Shown: positions 8,734-18,397 of the stretch, piece by piece | How positions within the stretch are numbered: the first letter of the stretch is position 1 | How the letters are laid out: the number at the start of each line of letters is the position of its first letter | Origin: Acinetobacter phage AM106 | Sequence record: MH115576.1 | Strand: one strand, 5' to 3' | DNA length: 52,031 bases | Program-made: the position numbers and the translations under genes | Notes under the pieces: model-generated | Databases searched by the model: none | Told to the model about the DNA's origin: nothing | Seen by the model: only the letters and a program-made list of their open reading frames with translations

Positions 8734-9343
8734 TTTTATTGATCAAGCTGAAGAAGAGGAAGCAATTCGTTTAATACCGGCTCCAGACCTAAAAAAATGG
8801 GTTGTGGCTAATTACTTAACGATTGGTGGGCCTCTTTATAATCCAGATCATGATCATATTGCTGAGTTACTTCATGATAATGAAGAGTTCTTGGCATTTG
8901 CTTGGGCCTCTTCTGCATATAAAAGCAAGCAGGCGATGGTGCTGGGGCAGTGTGAAAAAGTAATGTTTAACGTCGGTGGCTGGCGTAAAGCTAGACAAGA
9001 GCAACAGATGCGTGACTGGTTCGGTTTTGTGCCAACATACTTAATAACTGTCGACGCTTCTTTCTGTGAGCGTGCAAACGATACAGAGTTCTGTTATTTG
9101 CTTGAACATGAGCTTTACCACATTGGAGTGATGAGAGACGAGGACGGAGAAATTGTTTATAGCGATAGTTCTGGTCTGCCTAAGCACTATCTTGCTGGTC
9201 ATGACGTTGAAGAGTTTATTGGCGTAGTTAAACGGTGGGGACCAAGTAAGAATGTTAAGCGACTTATTGAGGTCGCAAAAAATCCGCCGTTTGTTTCTGA
9301 TTTAGATATTGCGAGATGCTGCGGGAACTGTGTAATCAATTGA
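8702..9343 (+). CDS. Putative zinc metallopeptidase-like protein (HExxH 'HELYH') with C-terminal Cys cluster (CCGNC)
   Basis: HExxH motif at 'LLEHELYHIGV'; start overlaps the previous gene by 32 nt. Confidence 0.4.
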   Translation: MDQIRPFPPTDFIDQAEEEEAIRLIPAPDLKKWVVANYLTIGGPLYNPDHDHIAELLHDNEEFLAFAWASSAYKSKQAMVLGQCEKVMFNVGGWRKARQEQQMRDWFGFVPTYLITVDASFCERANDTEFCYLLEHELYHIGVMRDEDGEIVYSDSSGLPKHYLAGHDVEEFIGVVKRWGPSKNVKRLIEVAKNPPFVSDLDIARCCGNCVIN

Positions 9344-9364
9344 GCCTTATGGCTCTTTTTTTTG
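9342..9364 (+). terminator. Rho-independent terminator (GAGCC..GGCTC + T8)
   Basis: Read directly. Confidence 0.5.
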
Positions 9365-9401
9365 TCCTGTTTGCTGTACGTAGCTGTACGAAGGGGAATT
9401 T

Positions 9402-9872
9402 ATGGCAGCACTAAAAGAGCCTGTGAAAATATTTATTGTTCAAGCTCTTGCATGCCGTGATACCCCTCAAGAAGTGGTTGAACAGGTCAAGCAAGAGTTT
9501 GGAGTTGATATTAGTCGTAGCCAATGCGAATGCTATGACCCAACAAAATATTCGGGCAGAAACTTAAGCAAGAAGTTTGTTGAGCTTTTTGAATTAACCA
9601 GAGAGAAGTTTGATAAAGGCTTAATTGATATTCCTATTGCTAATAAGTACTACCGACTGAAGCAATACCAAAGACAGCTTGAGAAGACTAGAAACGTCAA
9701 AACAGCCTTAAAAATTCTTGAGCAAGCCGCTAAAGACATTGGTGGTCAATTTACTAATCGTCAAGAAATTACAGGCAAAGACGGCGGACCAGTTCAAACA
9801 GTTAATTCTGAAATTCCAGTTCCAATGGAAGATTACTTAAAAGCGCGGAGGGAAGTCTTAGATGAGTACTGA
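9402..9872 (+). CDS. Terminase small subunit
   Basis: 156 aa gene immediately upstream of, and overlapping, the large terminase; basic/helical. Confidence 0.5.
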   Translation: MAALKEPVKIFIVQALACRDTPQEVVEQVKQEFGVDISRSQCECYDPTKYSGRNLSKKFVELFELTREKFDKGLIDIPIANKYYRLKQYQRQLEKTRNVKTALKILEQAAKDIGGQFTNRQEITGKDGGPVQTVNSEIPVPMEDYLKARREVLDEY

Positions 9873-11289
9873 TGCGGCTCGGGATAAAGCCATCCAGATC
9901 GAGGCGCAAGAAGATTTATATTTCTTTACAAGGTACATGTTTAAGGAGCGCCGAGGCTACAAATGGATGCAAAATTGGCACCACTTAGAAATCTGCGAAG
10001 CATTAATGAAAGTTTATCGCGGTGAGACTAAGCGGTTAATTATTAACGTACCACCTCGATATTCAAAAACTGAAATTGCTGTAATTAATTTTATGGCTTG
10101 GTGTTTTGGAAAGAAACCTGACTGTGAGTTTATTCATATCAGTTACTCGGCAATGCTTGCCGCAAATAATGCATTTCAGACTCGTAATATGGTTCAAGAA
10201 AAGGCTTATAAAAAGGTCTTTCCTGATCTTAAATTACGTGAGGATAGTAAAGCTAAGGATTTCTGGCGCACAGATGCAGGCGGAGTCTGCTATGCGACTG
10301 GTACTGGCGGTACCATTACAGGTTTTGGTGCAGGCAAAATGCGTGAAGGCTTTGGTGGTTGCATCATCATTGATGACCCGCATAAGGCCGATGAAGCCAA
10401 ATCAAAAACTATCCGTGAAGGTGTAATTGACTGGTTCCAAAATACTCTCGAGTCTCGTACTAACTCACCAGAAACGCCAATTATTGTCATTATGCAGCGT
10501 CTTCATGAAGATGATTTGGCTGGATGGCTGCTAGGTGATAGAAAAGACGGCGTTCCTGTAGCTGGTGGTAACGGTGAAGTGTGGGAGCATCTATGTCTTT
10601 CGGCTATTCAAGAAGACGGATCTGCATTGTGGCCAGCAAAACACAATATTCAAAAGTTGAAGCAAATGGAGCAAGCTGCGCCGTATGTTTTTGCCGGGCA
10701 ATATCGTCAAATGCCATCACCGCCAGCAGGTGGTTTTTTTAAGCCTGACAATATTGAAATTGTGGATGCTTTACCTGCTGATGTAGTGAAGCAAGTAAGG
10801 GCTTGGGACTTTGGTGCTACTGAGAATGAAGGCGACTTTACAGCAGGTGTTAGAGAAGCTCTTGGCGCAGATGGTTTTACTTACATTGTCGATGTTACAA
10901 GAGGACAGCTTGGTCCAGACAATGTTAATAAGCGCTTAAAACAAGTCACAGAGTTAGATGGGATGGGCGTAACGGTAAGGATTCCTCAAGATCCTGGTCA
11001 AGCTGGTAAATCACAAGCTAGTGCATTCGTAAAACTTCTTGCAGGATATGACGTCAAAGCCAAACCAGTTTCGGGAGACAAACTCACACGTGCACAACCT
11101 TTTGCGGCGCAAGTTAACGTGGGTAACGTGAGAATGCTTAGAGGTGATTGGAATAAAGACTTTATTGAAGAGCTTCGCAATTTTCCAAATGGAACGCATG
11201 ACGACCAAGTTGATGCTGGTTCAGATGCATTTAATGAATTGAATGGAGGTTTTGAGGCCTTCTTTGCTGATATGGGATTTGCTCGATGA
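9862..11289 (+). CDS. Terminase large subunit (Terminase_6-like)
   Basis: 'IINVPPRYSKTE' ATPase P-loop-like motif, 'IIIDDPHK' Walker B-like, C-terminal nuclease region; 475 aa. Confidence 0.85.
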   Translation: MSTDAARDKAIQIEAQEDLYFFTRYMFKERRGYKWMQNWHHLEICEALMKVYRGETKRLIINVPPRYSKTEIAVINFMAWCFGKKPDCEFIHISYSAMLAANNAFQTRNMVQEKAYKKVFPDLKLREDSKAKDFWRTDAGGVCYATGTGGTITGFGAGKMREGFGGCIIIDDPHKADEAKSKTIREGVIDWFQNTLESRTNSPETPIIVIMQRLHEDDLAGWLLGDRKDGVPVAGGNGEVWEHLCLSAIQEDGSALWPAKHNIQKLKQMEQAAPYVFAGQYRQMPSPPAGGFFKPDNIEIVDALPADVVKQVRAWDFGATENEGDFTAGVREALGADGFTYIVDVTRGQLGPDNVNKRLKQVTELDGMGVTVRIPQDPGQAGKSQASAFVKLLAGYDVKAKPVSGDKLTRAQPFAAQVNVGNVRMLRGDWNKDFIEELRNFPNGTHDDQVDAGSDAFNELNGGFEAFFADMGFAR

Positions 11290-12737
11290 GTGACGTAACT
11301 TTTAAACATCCTGAATATGTTAAAAACTTGCCATATTGGCAGAAGCTAGATGATGTGTGTGAAGGCGAGGATGCTGTAAAGGCTAAAGGAGAAAAGTATC
11401 TTCCGAAACCCAATGCTCATGATCAATCACCTGCAAATAAAAGTGCTTATGAGGCTTATCGTACTCGGGCAGTCTTTTATGAAGTAACGGGGACTACATC
11501 TAATAGTTTAGTTGGTGCAGCTTTTGCAACCGATCCAAGTTTTAAATTTCCTCCAGAACTAGCTCACTTAGAACGCAATGCTAACGGCGCGGGATTAAGT
11601 GCTTATCAATTGGCACAGAACGGGATCCGACATTTATTAAAGCATTATCGTTGTGCTTTATATGTTGACTATCCTGCAGTTACACCGGCTCGAAATCTTG
11701 CGGAGTTTAAACAGCAAAAAGCCTACCCGATGATTCACTTATTGAATGCCATTGATGTGATCAATTGGGATTCAATGATGATTGATAACCAGAAAAAGCT
11801 TTGCTTGGTGGTCATCCGTGAATTTACTTCAGAACGAGGCGCTGATGGCTTTAGCAAATCTGAGGTAGAGCAATACAGAGTACTTCGTTTAGAGCCTGAT
11901 AATGAAGGAAACTTCATCTATACAGTTCAAGTTTACACAAAAGGCGACAAGGGTACATGGAAGGGCGAAGATAAGAAGTATCCCACTGATAATAACGGGG
12001 ATTTCTGGTCTTATATTCCATTCACTTTTGTGGGGGCTATTGATAACTCTGAAGAGATTAAAAAGCCTCCATTGCTCCCATTGGCTAATCTTAATTTAGC
12101 TCATTATAGAGATAGTGCGGACTTTCAAGAGTCCGTTTTTTATATGGGCCAACCACAGTTTTATGCTAAGGGAGTTAATTGGGCTTGGTATGACGAGGCT
12201 AAAAAGCGTGGCATTTATATCGGTGCGAAAGTTCTATTACCTTTACCTGAAAACGGTGATTTGGGGATTGTACAAGCAGATCCAAACACATTAGCACGGG
12301 AAGCTATGAAGGATAAGTGGGAGCAAATGAAGGAGCTTGGTGCTCGACTTATTGAAAAAGGTTCCGCAGCTAAAAAGACTGCTACTGAATCTAACAGTGA
12401 TGATGCCGTGCAGCATTCCGTTCTTTCACTTTGTGTTGTGAATATGAATGAAGCTTTGTCTATGGCTTTACGTTGGGCTGCTAAATTTGTAGTACCTAAT
12501 GTTGATGTTCTGACTAAAGATGAACTGATGTTCGAAATTAGTCAGGAATTTAACAAGCAAGGTTATTTAGCTGAGTTGGCTCGTCAATTGTTTGAAGCAG
12601 CTTTACAAGGTAGATCTTCATTCAAATCTTGGTGGGAATACAACCAAACAGGAATGTTTCCTAAACAAAAATATGAAGAAGAAATCCTAAATGTTGAAGC
12701 TGAACAGGATGGGACTTTGAATCAAGGAGTGAATTGA
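11286..12737 (+). CDS. Portal protein
   Basis: 483 aa; start overlaps terminase stop; position and size. Confidence 0.7.
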   Translation: MSDVTFKHPEYVKNLPYWQKLDDVCEGEDAVKAKGEKYLPKPNAHDQSPANKSAYEAYRTRAVFYEVTGTTSNSLVGAAFATDPSFKFPPELAHLERNANGAGLSAYQLAQNGIRHLLKHYRCALYVDYPAVTPARNLAEFKQQKAYPMIHLLNAIDVINWDSMMIDNQKKLCLVVIREFTSERGADGFSKSEVEQYRVLRLEPDNEGNFIYTVQVYTKGDKGTWKGEDKKYPTDNNGDFWSYIPFTFVGAIDNSEEIKKPPLLPLANLNLAHYRDSADFQESVFYMGQPQFYAKGVNWAWYDEAKKRGIYIGAKVLLPLPENGDLGIVQADPNTLAREAMKDKWEQMKELGARLIEKGSAAKKTATESNSDDAVQHSVLSLCVVNMNEALSMALRWAAKFVVPNVDVLTKDELMFEISQEFNKQGYLAELARQLFEAALQGRSSFKSWWEYNQTGMFPKQKYEEEILNVEAEQDGTLNQGVN

Positions 12738-12738
12738 T

Positions 12739-13842
12739 ATGGCGGCAACTATCAAAGAACTCTTAGAGGCACTAACTCAACACCAAGCATATCTTTTTCG
12801 CGCTTCATCAAAAACAGTTAATGAATTATTAGGTTTATTTAATGATGATACAAAAGCAATGCTTTCAAAGCTGCGTGATCTATTAGAGGAACTTAATGAT
12901 TCAGAGAAAATTGCTTTAGCTGGTGGGAAGTATACAACGTCAAACCTCAGAGAGATTAAAGATTTGATTGACCAATGGTTTGCTAGTGTAAATACAAGCT
13001 TACCTGAAGCTTTCACCGTCTCTGCTACCGCTTTAGCGGTTTATGAAGCTAATTACATAGCCAAGCTATACGGAGCGAAAAATAAAACTCTTAGCGGTGA
13101 CAAGTTCTATTCTGCTGCTAAAAAGGTACCATTGGCTGGTGGTGCCCTAGTTGATGATCTTTTATCAAGAATTACTGAAGCTGCCCGTCAAAAAGTTGAA
13201 TATGCAATCAGAGATGGTATTAACACTGGCAAAACTAATAGTGAGATTATTCAGCGTATCCGTGGTACCAAGAAGCTAAATTATGAAGACGGATTACTCA
13301 ACAGCACAAAATCAGACATTGAGCGCACTGTAAGAACGGTTCGGAGCCATGTAGCTAACCAGGCATATTTAAAAAGTTTTGATCAAATTGGCTTCAAATA
13401 TGTGCGATTTGTGAGTGTTCTTGATGGAAGAACTTCAAAACTTTGTGCATCCCTTGATGGAAGCTTTTGGGAAATAAATGACCCAGCAAAGCGCGTTCCT
13501 CCATTACATCCAAATTGTCGAAGCATTCTGGTACCAGTTGAGAAAGACGGTTCTTTAGCTGGTCAGCGTCCTTTTGTGATGGATGAGAGAAGAGTGAAAG
13601 ACATCCCCAAAGAAGAGCGTGATCAGTTGATTGGGCAAATGGATGCAAACATAACATTTAAAGAGTTCTTCAAAAAGACAGATGACTTCTTTCAAAAAGA
13701 ATGGTTGGGACCAAAGCGTTACAAACTCTTCAAAGAGGGAAAATTTGATTTTGAAAAGTTCTTCGATCCGGATGGACGTCTTTATACACTCGACCAACTT
13801 CGCATGTTGGACGAACAATTGTTCAAGAGGTTGGGAATATGA
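12739..13842 (+). CDS. Head morphogenesis protein (Mu F / SPP1 gp7-like minor head protein)
   Basis: 367 aa; 'NCRSILVP' characteristic of the Phage_Mu_F domain; follows portal. Confidence 0.7.
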   Translation: MAATIKELLEALTQHQAYLFRASSKTVNELLGLFNDDTKAMLSKLRDLLEELNDSEKIALAGGKYTTSNLREIKDLIDQWFASVNTSLPEAFTVSATALAVYEANYIAKLYGAKNKTLSGDKFYSAAKKVPLAGGALVDDLLSRITEAARQKVEYAIRDGINTGKTNSEIIQRIRGTKKLNYEDGLLNSTKSDIERTVRTVRSHVANQAYLKSFDQIGFKYVRFVSVLDGRTSKLCASLDGSFWEINDPAKRVPPLHPNCRSILVPVEKDGSLAGQRPFVMDERRVKDIPKEERDQLIGQMDANITFKEFFKKTDDFFQKEWLGPKRYKLFKEGKFDFEKFFDPDGRLYTLDQLRMLDEQLFKRLGI

Positions 13843-13854
13843 ATTTTACTTTAA

Positions 13855-14127
13855 GTGGTGAGGGGAAAATTCAACTATCTACTCGAGCAAAATACAGATT
13901 GCGTAGATGGCTTAGAAAACTTGAAAAGAGGTCGAAGTTATGAAGCAAATAACTATGACTCAAGCACAATACATCCTAAGTACAAATCTTATTGTTGTGC
14001 CTTTTGTAAGGAAGTTGATTCCAAGATATATGGCTATTTTAGGATACAACTTCAAACAGCCCACAGCACAGATTCCGCATTAAACCTAATTCAAACCATA
14101 GCACCTTCGGGTGCTTTTTTTATATGA
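13855..14127 (+). CDS. Hypothetical small protein (coding status uncertain)
   Basis: 90 aa ORF; alternative 48-aa ORF 13939-14085 in another frame; terminator follows. Confidence 0.2.
   Translation: MVRGKFNYLLEQNTDCVDGLENLKRGRSYEANNYDSSTIHPKYKSYCCAFCKEVDSKIYGYFRIQLQTAHSTDSALNLIQTIAPSGAFFI
14101..14121 (+). terminator. Rho-independent terminator (GCACC..GGGTGC + T7)
   Basis: Read directly. Confidence 0.6.
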
Positions 14128-14134
14128 GGTCATC

Positions 14135-14647
14135 ATGACAAAGCAACCGCAAACACTTCAAGAGCTAGTTCAAAATGTTGAATATTTCAATGTGGACCAA
14201 AAAACACCAGATGCACTACCTAAACGCATTATATGCATCCTAAAACTTCACTCTGGAGTGCAAGTAAACGGCGAGTATTTGATTCCTGAAGGTTCACCTG
14301 TTGGTGATTACAATCCGTTTGCACTTACATCTGCCATTGAAAATTTAAAAAAGCTCGGATTTGAAATTATTGAACCACCTTCTGAACCACAAGTAATCGA
14401 AGGTGAGGCAGTTGAGGTTGGCCAGAATTTAGATGACCCATCACTTAAAGCGGTTGAAGCACCAAAAATTAAAAGTCTGGAATCCCATGTAACTGTTACG
14501 GGCGCAGGGGTTAATACTTATGATGTTCGTCATGCAAATCTGCATTCAATTGAAGCATTGACCTCACTTTTGAAGGTTACGAAGTTAAATACTGATGTGT
14601 CGAATGCTGCAAACTCTAAGCTTGTTGAACTTATTAATGGACTCTAA
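14135..14647 (+). CDS. Hypothetical protein (moron-like, flanked by terminators)
   Basis: ATG 14135 with RBS GAGGT; 170 aa acidic protein. Confidence 0.3.
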   Translation: MTKQPQTLQELVQNVEYFNVDQKTPDALPKRIICILKLHSGVQVNGEYLIPEGSPVGDYNPFALTSAIENLKKLGFEIIEPPSEPQVIEGEAVEVGQNLDDPSLKAVEAPKIKSLESHVTVTGAGVNTYDVRHANLHSIEALTSLLKVTKLNTDVSNAANSKLVELINGL

Positions 14648-14681
14648 GTTTCAGGCGTCTTGAGCATATTTTAATTTTAAC

Positions 14682-14706
14682 CAGCACACTAAGGTGCTTT
14701 TTTTGT
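14682..14706 (+). terminator. Rho-independent terminator
   Basis: AGCAC..GTGCT + T7. Confidence 0.5.
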
Positions 14707-14715
14707 GAGAAAGAA

Positions 14716-15030
14716 ATGACCAAAGAAGTAACAGAGCAAGAGTTAGCGGAAAAGTCTGTGGCACCCCGAGTAACTAAAGCGCAAATTGATGCGATGATGG
14801 ACCGCGTTACATATACAGTGGAGCAGCGCCCTGGAGGTACAACATCTACTTTTGTACATGCATTTTTAGATGGAAAATTTTTTCTAGCAACGGGTTTTAG
14901 CGCATGTGTGAATGCAGAAAACTTTGATGCTGAAATGGGTGAGCGTATAGCTCGAAGCAACGCAGAAAAGTCAGCCGAAAATAAACTTTGGGAACTCGAA
15001 GGCTATCGTTTATTTGCCACAAACTTCTAA
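14716..15030 (+). CDS. Hypothetical protein (moron-like, flanked by terminators)
   Basis: 104 aa ORF. Confidence 0.3.
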   Translation: MTKEVTEQELAEKSVAPRVTKAQIDAMMDRVTYTVEQRPGGTTSTFVHAFLDGKFFLATGFSACVNAENFDAEMGERIARSNAEKSAENKLWELEGYRLFATNF

Positions 15031-15047
15031 GTTTTTAATCGAAATAA

Positions 15048-15071
15048 AGCGTCCTTAGGGGCGCTTTTTTA
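15048..15071 (+). terminator. Rho-independent terminator
   Basis: AGCGTCC..GGGGCGCT + T6. Confidence 0.5.
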
Positions 15072-15143
15072 ATGTCTGCCGGAAGCGGATGCGGACGGTG
15101 AATCCGGGCGGATGCCCACTTGTGTATATAGGTTGGATGACCA

Positions 15144-15911
15144 ATGAAACTTAAAACAGTAACGATCGACGGTAAAGTTTATGCGGAAGTAGACGGCGAT
15201 AAGCCGATCTATATTCATGATGACGGCAAAGAAATGCCACATGATGCACCTCATTCGGTAGCAACAATTGCACGCTTAAACAATGAAGCTAAAACACATC
15301 GTGAAGCCAAAGAAGCAGCTGAAAAAGCATTAAAAGCTTTTGAAGGAATCGAAGACCCTGCGGCAGCTAAAAAGGCCTTACAAACAATCCAAAATCTCGA
15401 TGATAAAAAGCTGGTGGATGCCGGTGAAGTTGAGAAAGTTAAAGCTGAAGCTATCAAAGCAGTTGAAGAAAAATATGCCCCGATTGTTGAGCAACGTGAT
15501 GCTCTTGAGGCCTCATTGCATAAAGAGCTAATCGGCGGTGGTTTTGCTCGTTCTAAGTACATTCAAGACAACATTGCAGTACCTGTGGATATGGTGCAAG
15601 CGACCTTTGGTCATCACTTCAAAATCGAAGAGGGCAAGGTGGTTGCATATGACCAGAACGGCGAAAAGATTTATTCACGTGTACGCCCAGGTGAACTTGC
15701 AAATGTTGATGAAGCTTTAGAGTCATTGGTTGGTGGATACCAGCATAAAGACTTAATTCTTAAAGGTGGTAAAGGGACTGGTGGAGGTTTCCAAAGCGGG
15801 GGCAAAGGTGGAGCACCTACTGGAATGAAACGCAGTGAAATGTCTGTTTCTCAGAAAGCAGATTACATCAAAGAACATGGCAATGATGCCTTCCTAAAAC
15901 TACCGAACTAA
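15144..15911 (+). CDS. Putative scaffolding protein
   Basis: 255 aa, charged/helical ('EAKEAAEKALKAFEG'), directly upstream of the major capsid gene; Gly-rich C-terminus. Confidence 0.5.
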   Translation: MKLKTVTIDGKVYAEVDGDKPIYIHDDGKEMPHDAPHSVATIARLNNEAKTHREAKEAAEKALKAFEGIEDPAAAKKALQTIQNLDDKKLVDAGEVEKVKAEAIKAVEEKYAPIVEQRDALEASLHKELIGGGFARSKYIQDNIAVPVDMVQATFGHHFKIEEGKVVAYDQNGEKIYSRVRPGELANVDEALESLVGGYQHKDLILKGGKGTGGGFQSGGKGGAPTGMKRSEMSVSQKADYIKEHGNDAFLKLPN

Positions 15912-15938
15912 TCATTAAATATTTGGAGATAAGTAGTT

Positions 15939-16895
15939 ATGACTACAACAGTTAATTCAGACATGATCATCTACAACCAATTGGCTCAAACTGCTTATTT
16001 AGAGCGTTTGCAAGACAATTTGAACGTATTTAACCAGGCCTCTAATGGTGCAATTGTATATCGCAATGAGATTATTGAAGGTGATTTCAATAAAGAGGCA
16101 TTTTACAAAGTGGGCGGTAGCATCAAGCATCGTGATGTGAATTCAACCGCCAAAGTAGTGCCTGAGAAGATTGGGTCTGGTGAATCTGTAGGCGTAAAAG
16201 TCCCATATAAATATGGTCCTTATGCTTCAACCGAAGAGGCATTCAAACGCCGTGCACGCACACCTGAAGAGTTTGCCATGATTCTTGGTTATGATTTAGC
16301 AGATGCATTAGTTGCAGGACGTTTACAGTACAGTTTAGCCTCCTTAAAAGCAGCTATTTCTAGCAACCCGGATATGGTTGCCAAAGGCAGTATTGCTGTA
16401 GATGGGCGTAAAGCATTAACACGTGGTATGCGTAAGTTTGGCGATAAGTTTGGACGTATTAGTTTATGGGTAATGAACTCAGATACTTATTTCGATATTG
16501 TCGATGATGCAATCACTAATCAAATTTATGGCGAATCTGAAATCGTTATCTATGGTGGTTTACCGGGTACCTTAGGTAAGCCGGTATTGGTTACAGATGC
16601 CGTAGGTGATGATGATGCATTTGGTTTGCAAATGGGTGCAGTTACTGTTACAGAATCACAAGTACCAGGCTTCCGCGCGTATGACATCAATGATGAAGAA
16701 AACTTGGCAATCGGTATGCGTGCTGAGGGTACATTTAACCTAGATATTCTTGGTTATAGCTGGGATACATCAAAAGGTGAAAACCCTGACCTTACTTTAC
16801 TTGGTTCAAGTGCCAACTGGAAAAAACATGCTACTAGCAACAAAATGACAGCAGGCACATTGCTTGATCTATCTGGCACAACAACAACTGGTTAA
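15939..16895 (+). CDS. Major capsid protein
   Basis: 318 aa; position after scaffold; strong RBS GGAGATAAG; followed by terminator. Confidence 0.65.
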   Translation: MTTTVNSDMIIYNQLAQTAYLERLQDNLNVFNQASNGAIVYRNEIIEGDFNKEAFYKVGGSIKHRDVNSTAKVVPEKIGSGESVGVKVPYKYGPYASTEEAFKRRARTPEEFAMILGYDLADALVAGRLQYSLASLKAAISSNPDMVAKGSIAVDGRKALTRGMRKFGDKFGRISLWVMNSDTYFDIVDDAITNQIYGESEIVIYGGLPGTLGKPVLVTDAVGDDDAFGLQMGAVTVTESQVPGFRAYDINDEENLAIGMRAEGTFNLDILGYSWDTSKGENPDLTLLGSSANWKKHATSNKMTAGTLLDLSGTTTTG

Positions 16896-16914
16896 CTCAT
16901 AAACATCTCACTAT

Positions 16915-16941
16915 AAGAGGGCTATTAAGCCCTCTTTTTAC
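16915..16941 (+). terminator. Rho-independent terminator after capsid gene
   Basis: AAGAGGG..CCCTCTT + T5. Confidence 0.55.
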
Positions 16942-16959
16942 ATTTAAGAGAAATGCATC

Positions 16960-17625
16960 ATGAAGCTAATTTATACACGTATTGCTGCTGCAGCTGCGTT
17001 AGAGGTTGGAACTATTGCCAATCCTGATTATTACGAACATCCGAATCGAAGTGCTGAAGAAGTAATTATTTACGGTGATTACCCGAAAATCCAAAATGAT
17101 TACCAAGCTCTGGATATTCCTGTTGAAGTTCGCAAATTGGAAGAGCCTGCAAAAACGACATTGGCCACTGTAAATGTAGCGGTTGGAATTACTCCAGAGC
17201 TGCAAGAAGTTATTGATAAAACTAAAGCTGAGTGTGAAAAGGTTGTTGAGGAAAACGGGCAACTTAAACAGAAAATCGAAATCTTGGAACAAGCTAGTGG
17301 TGATAGTTCGGAGTTAATTTCTGAAAACTCACGTTTAAAAGATGCTGTACTCCAAGCTGACAATGCTACTAAAGCGGCTGAAGAAAAGGTAGTAAGCATT
17401 CAAGCAGAGTTTGATGCTTTTAAAAATGATGTTGCTGCTATGCAAGCGCGTATTGCTGAATTGGAAGCTGGAAAAGCGGCAGAAAATTCAGCAACAGAAA
17501 CGGCAGCTAATGATTTTGAAAACTGGTCAAATGATCAATTAAAAGAGTATTTGGCTAGTAAAAACATTGGTTACAAACCGTCTGCAACAAAAGCAGAACT
17601 CCTTAAATTAATCCCGAAGGAATAA
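16960..17625 (+). CDS. Coiled-coil protein with C-terminal HeH/SAP-like DNA-binding motif (possible head decoration/accessory protein)
   Basis: Central heptad-like 'LKQKIEILEQ...'; C-terminal 'SNDQLKEYLASKNIGYKPSATKAELLKLI' resembles a HeH/SAP motif. Confidence 0.35.
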   Translation: MKLIYTRIAAAAALEVGTIANPDYYEHPNRSAEEVIIYGDYPKIQNDYQALDIPVEVRKLEEPAKTTLATVNVAVGITPELQEVIDKTKAECEKVVEENGQLKQKIEILEQASGDSSELISENSRLKDAVLQADNATKAAEEKVVSIQAEFDAFKNDVAAMQARIAELEAGKAAENSATETAANDFENWSNDQLKEYLASKNIGYKPSATKAELLKLIPKE

Positions 17626-17629
17626 TGCA

Positions 17630-18019
17630 ATGAGCTTTATTACTGTAGATGACGCAAATTCAATTTTGGGCAGCGATTTTGCACCAGACAGTGATAAAGC
17701 TCGTCTGGTAAAGCTGGCTAATGTTTGGATGAAAAAACGGATTGGTTTTGTACCAGATCCTATTGATCCACTTCTTAAAGACGCGGCTTGTGAAATTATC
17801 AAAGGAATTCTGGCCAAAGTAATTTATAACGGCAAAGACCAGCAGTTGAAACGTAAGAAAGTTAAAGCTGATTCTGTTGAGTCAGAAAAAGAATATCAGG
17901 ACGGATCTGAAGCAATCTCTAGCTTTGAACAGATAGCAATTGATTTTATTGATTCACTTGAATTGAAAGATCCAAATGCAAGTTTTAATGGCTTTGGCAT
18001 ACCACTTTACAGGGCATGA
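17630..18019 (+). CDS. Head-tail connector / DNA packaging protein (gp6-like)
   Basis: N-terminal 'MSFITVDDANSILGSDF...' resembles Phage_connect_1 starts; position. Confidence 0.4.
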   Translation: MSFITVDDANSILGSDFAPDSDKARLVKLANVWMKKRIGFVPDPIDPLLKDAACEIIKGILAKVIYNGKDQQLKRKKVKADSVESEKEYQDGSEAISSFEQIAIDFIDSLELKDPNASFNGFGIPLYRA

Positions 18020-18020
18020 T

Positions 18021-18389
18021 ATGGGCTTACGTGACGAAATTCAGGCAGATATTGCTGAAGCATTTAATGAGGATCTGGCGGATGCGGTCCAAACATTTAC
18101 ATGTGACAGGGTTGTTAGTACCAACTGGAACCCTAAAACAAACACCTCTGAAAATGTCATTGAGCATTATGAGGGGCGTGGCGTTCTGTTTGGCTCATAC
18201 AATCAATATGAAATACAAACTCTCGGAGTACTGGCCACAGATAAAAAGGCAACTGTGCTGCAGAATGAAGTTACCAAAGAGCCGATGATTGATGACGAAT
18301 GGAGTACGGCGCAAGGTACATATCGCATCATGCATATCAAACAAGATCCAATCAGTGCAAGCTGGAAATGTCAGCTTCGAAAAGTGTAG
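18021..18389 (+). CDS. Head-tail joining protein (hypothetical)
   Basis: ATG 18021 two nt after upstream stop (ORF track 17976). Confidence 0.3.
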   Translation: MGLRDEIQADIAEAFNEDLADAVQTFTCDRVVSTNWNPKTNTSENVIEHYEGRGVLFGSYNQYEIQTLGVLATDKKATVLQNEVTKEPMIDDEWSTAQGTYRIMHIKQDPISASWKCQLRKV

Positions 18390-18397
18390 GGGCTAAA

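Noticed and set aside
10106-10426. 106-aa + strand ORF inside the large terminase gene, and similar antisense/alternate-frame ORFs (10290-10490, 10998-11413, 23069-23311, 23858-24157, 24702-24896, 25001-25456, 26278-26864, 29256-29790, 30609-40703 internal ORFs, 46956-47252, 51588-51900)
   Set aside because: Each lies wholly within a longer, well-supported gene with family motifs. They lack an RBS and show biased composition typical of shadow ORFs.
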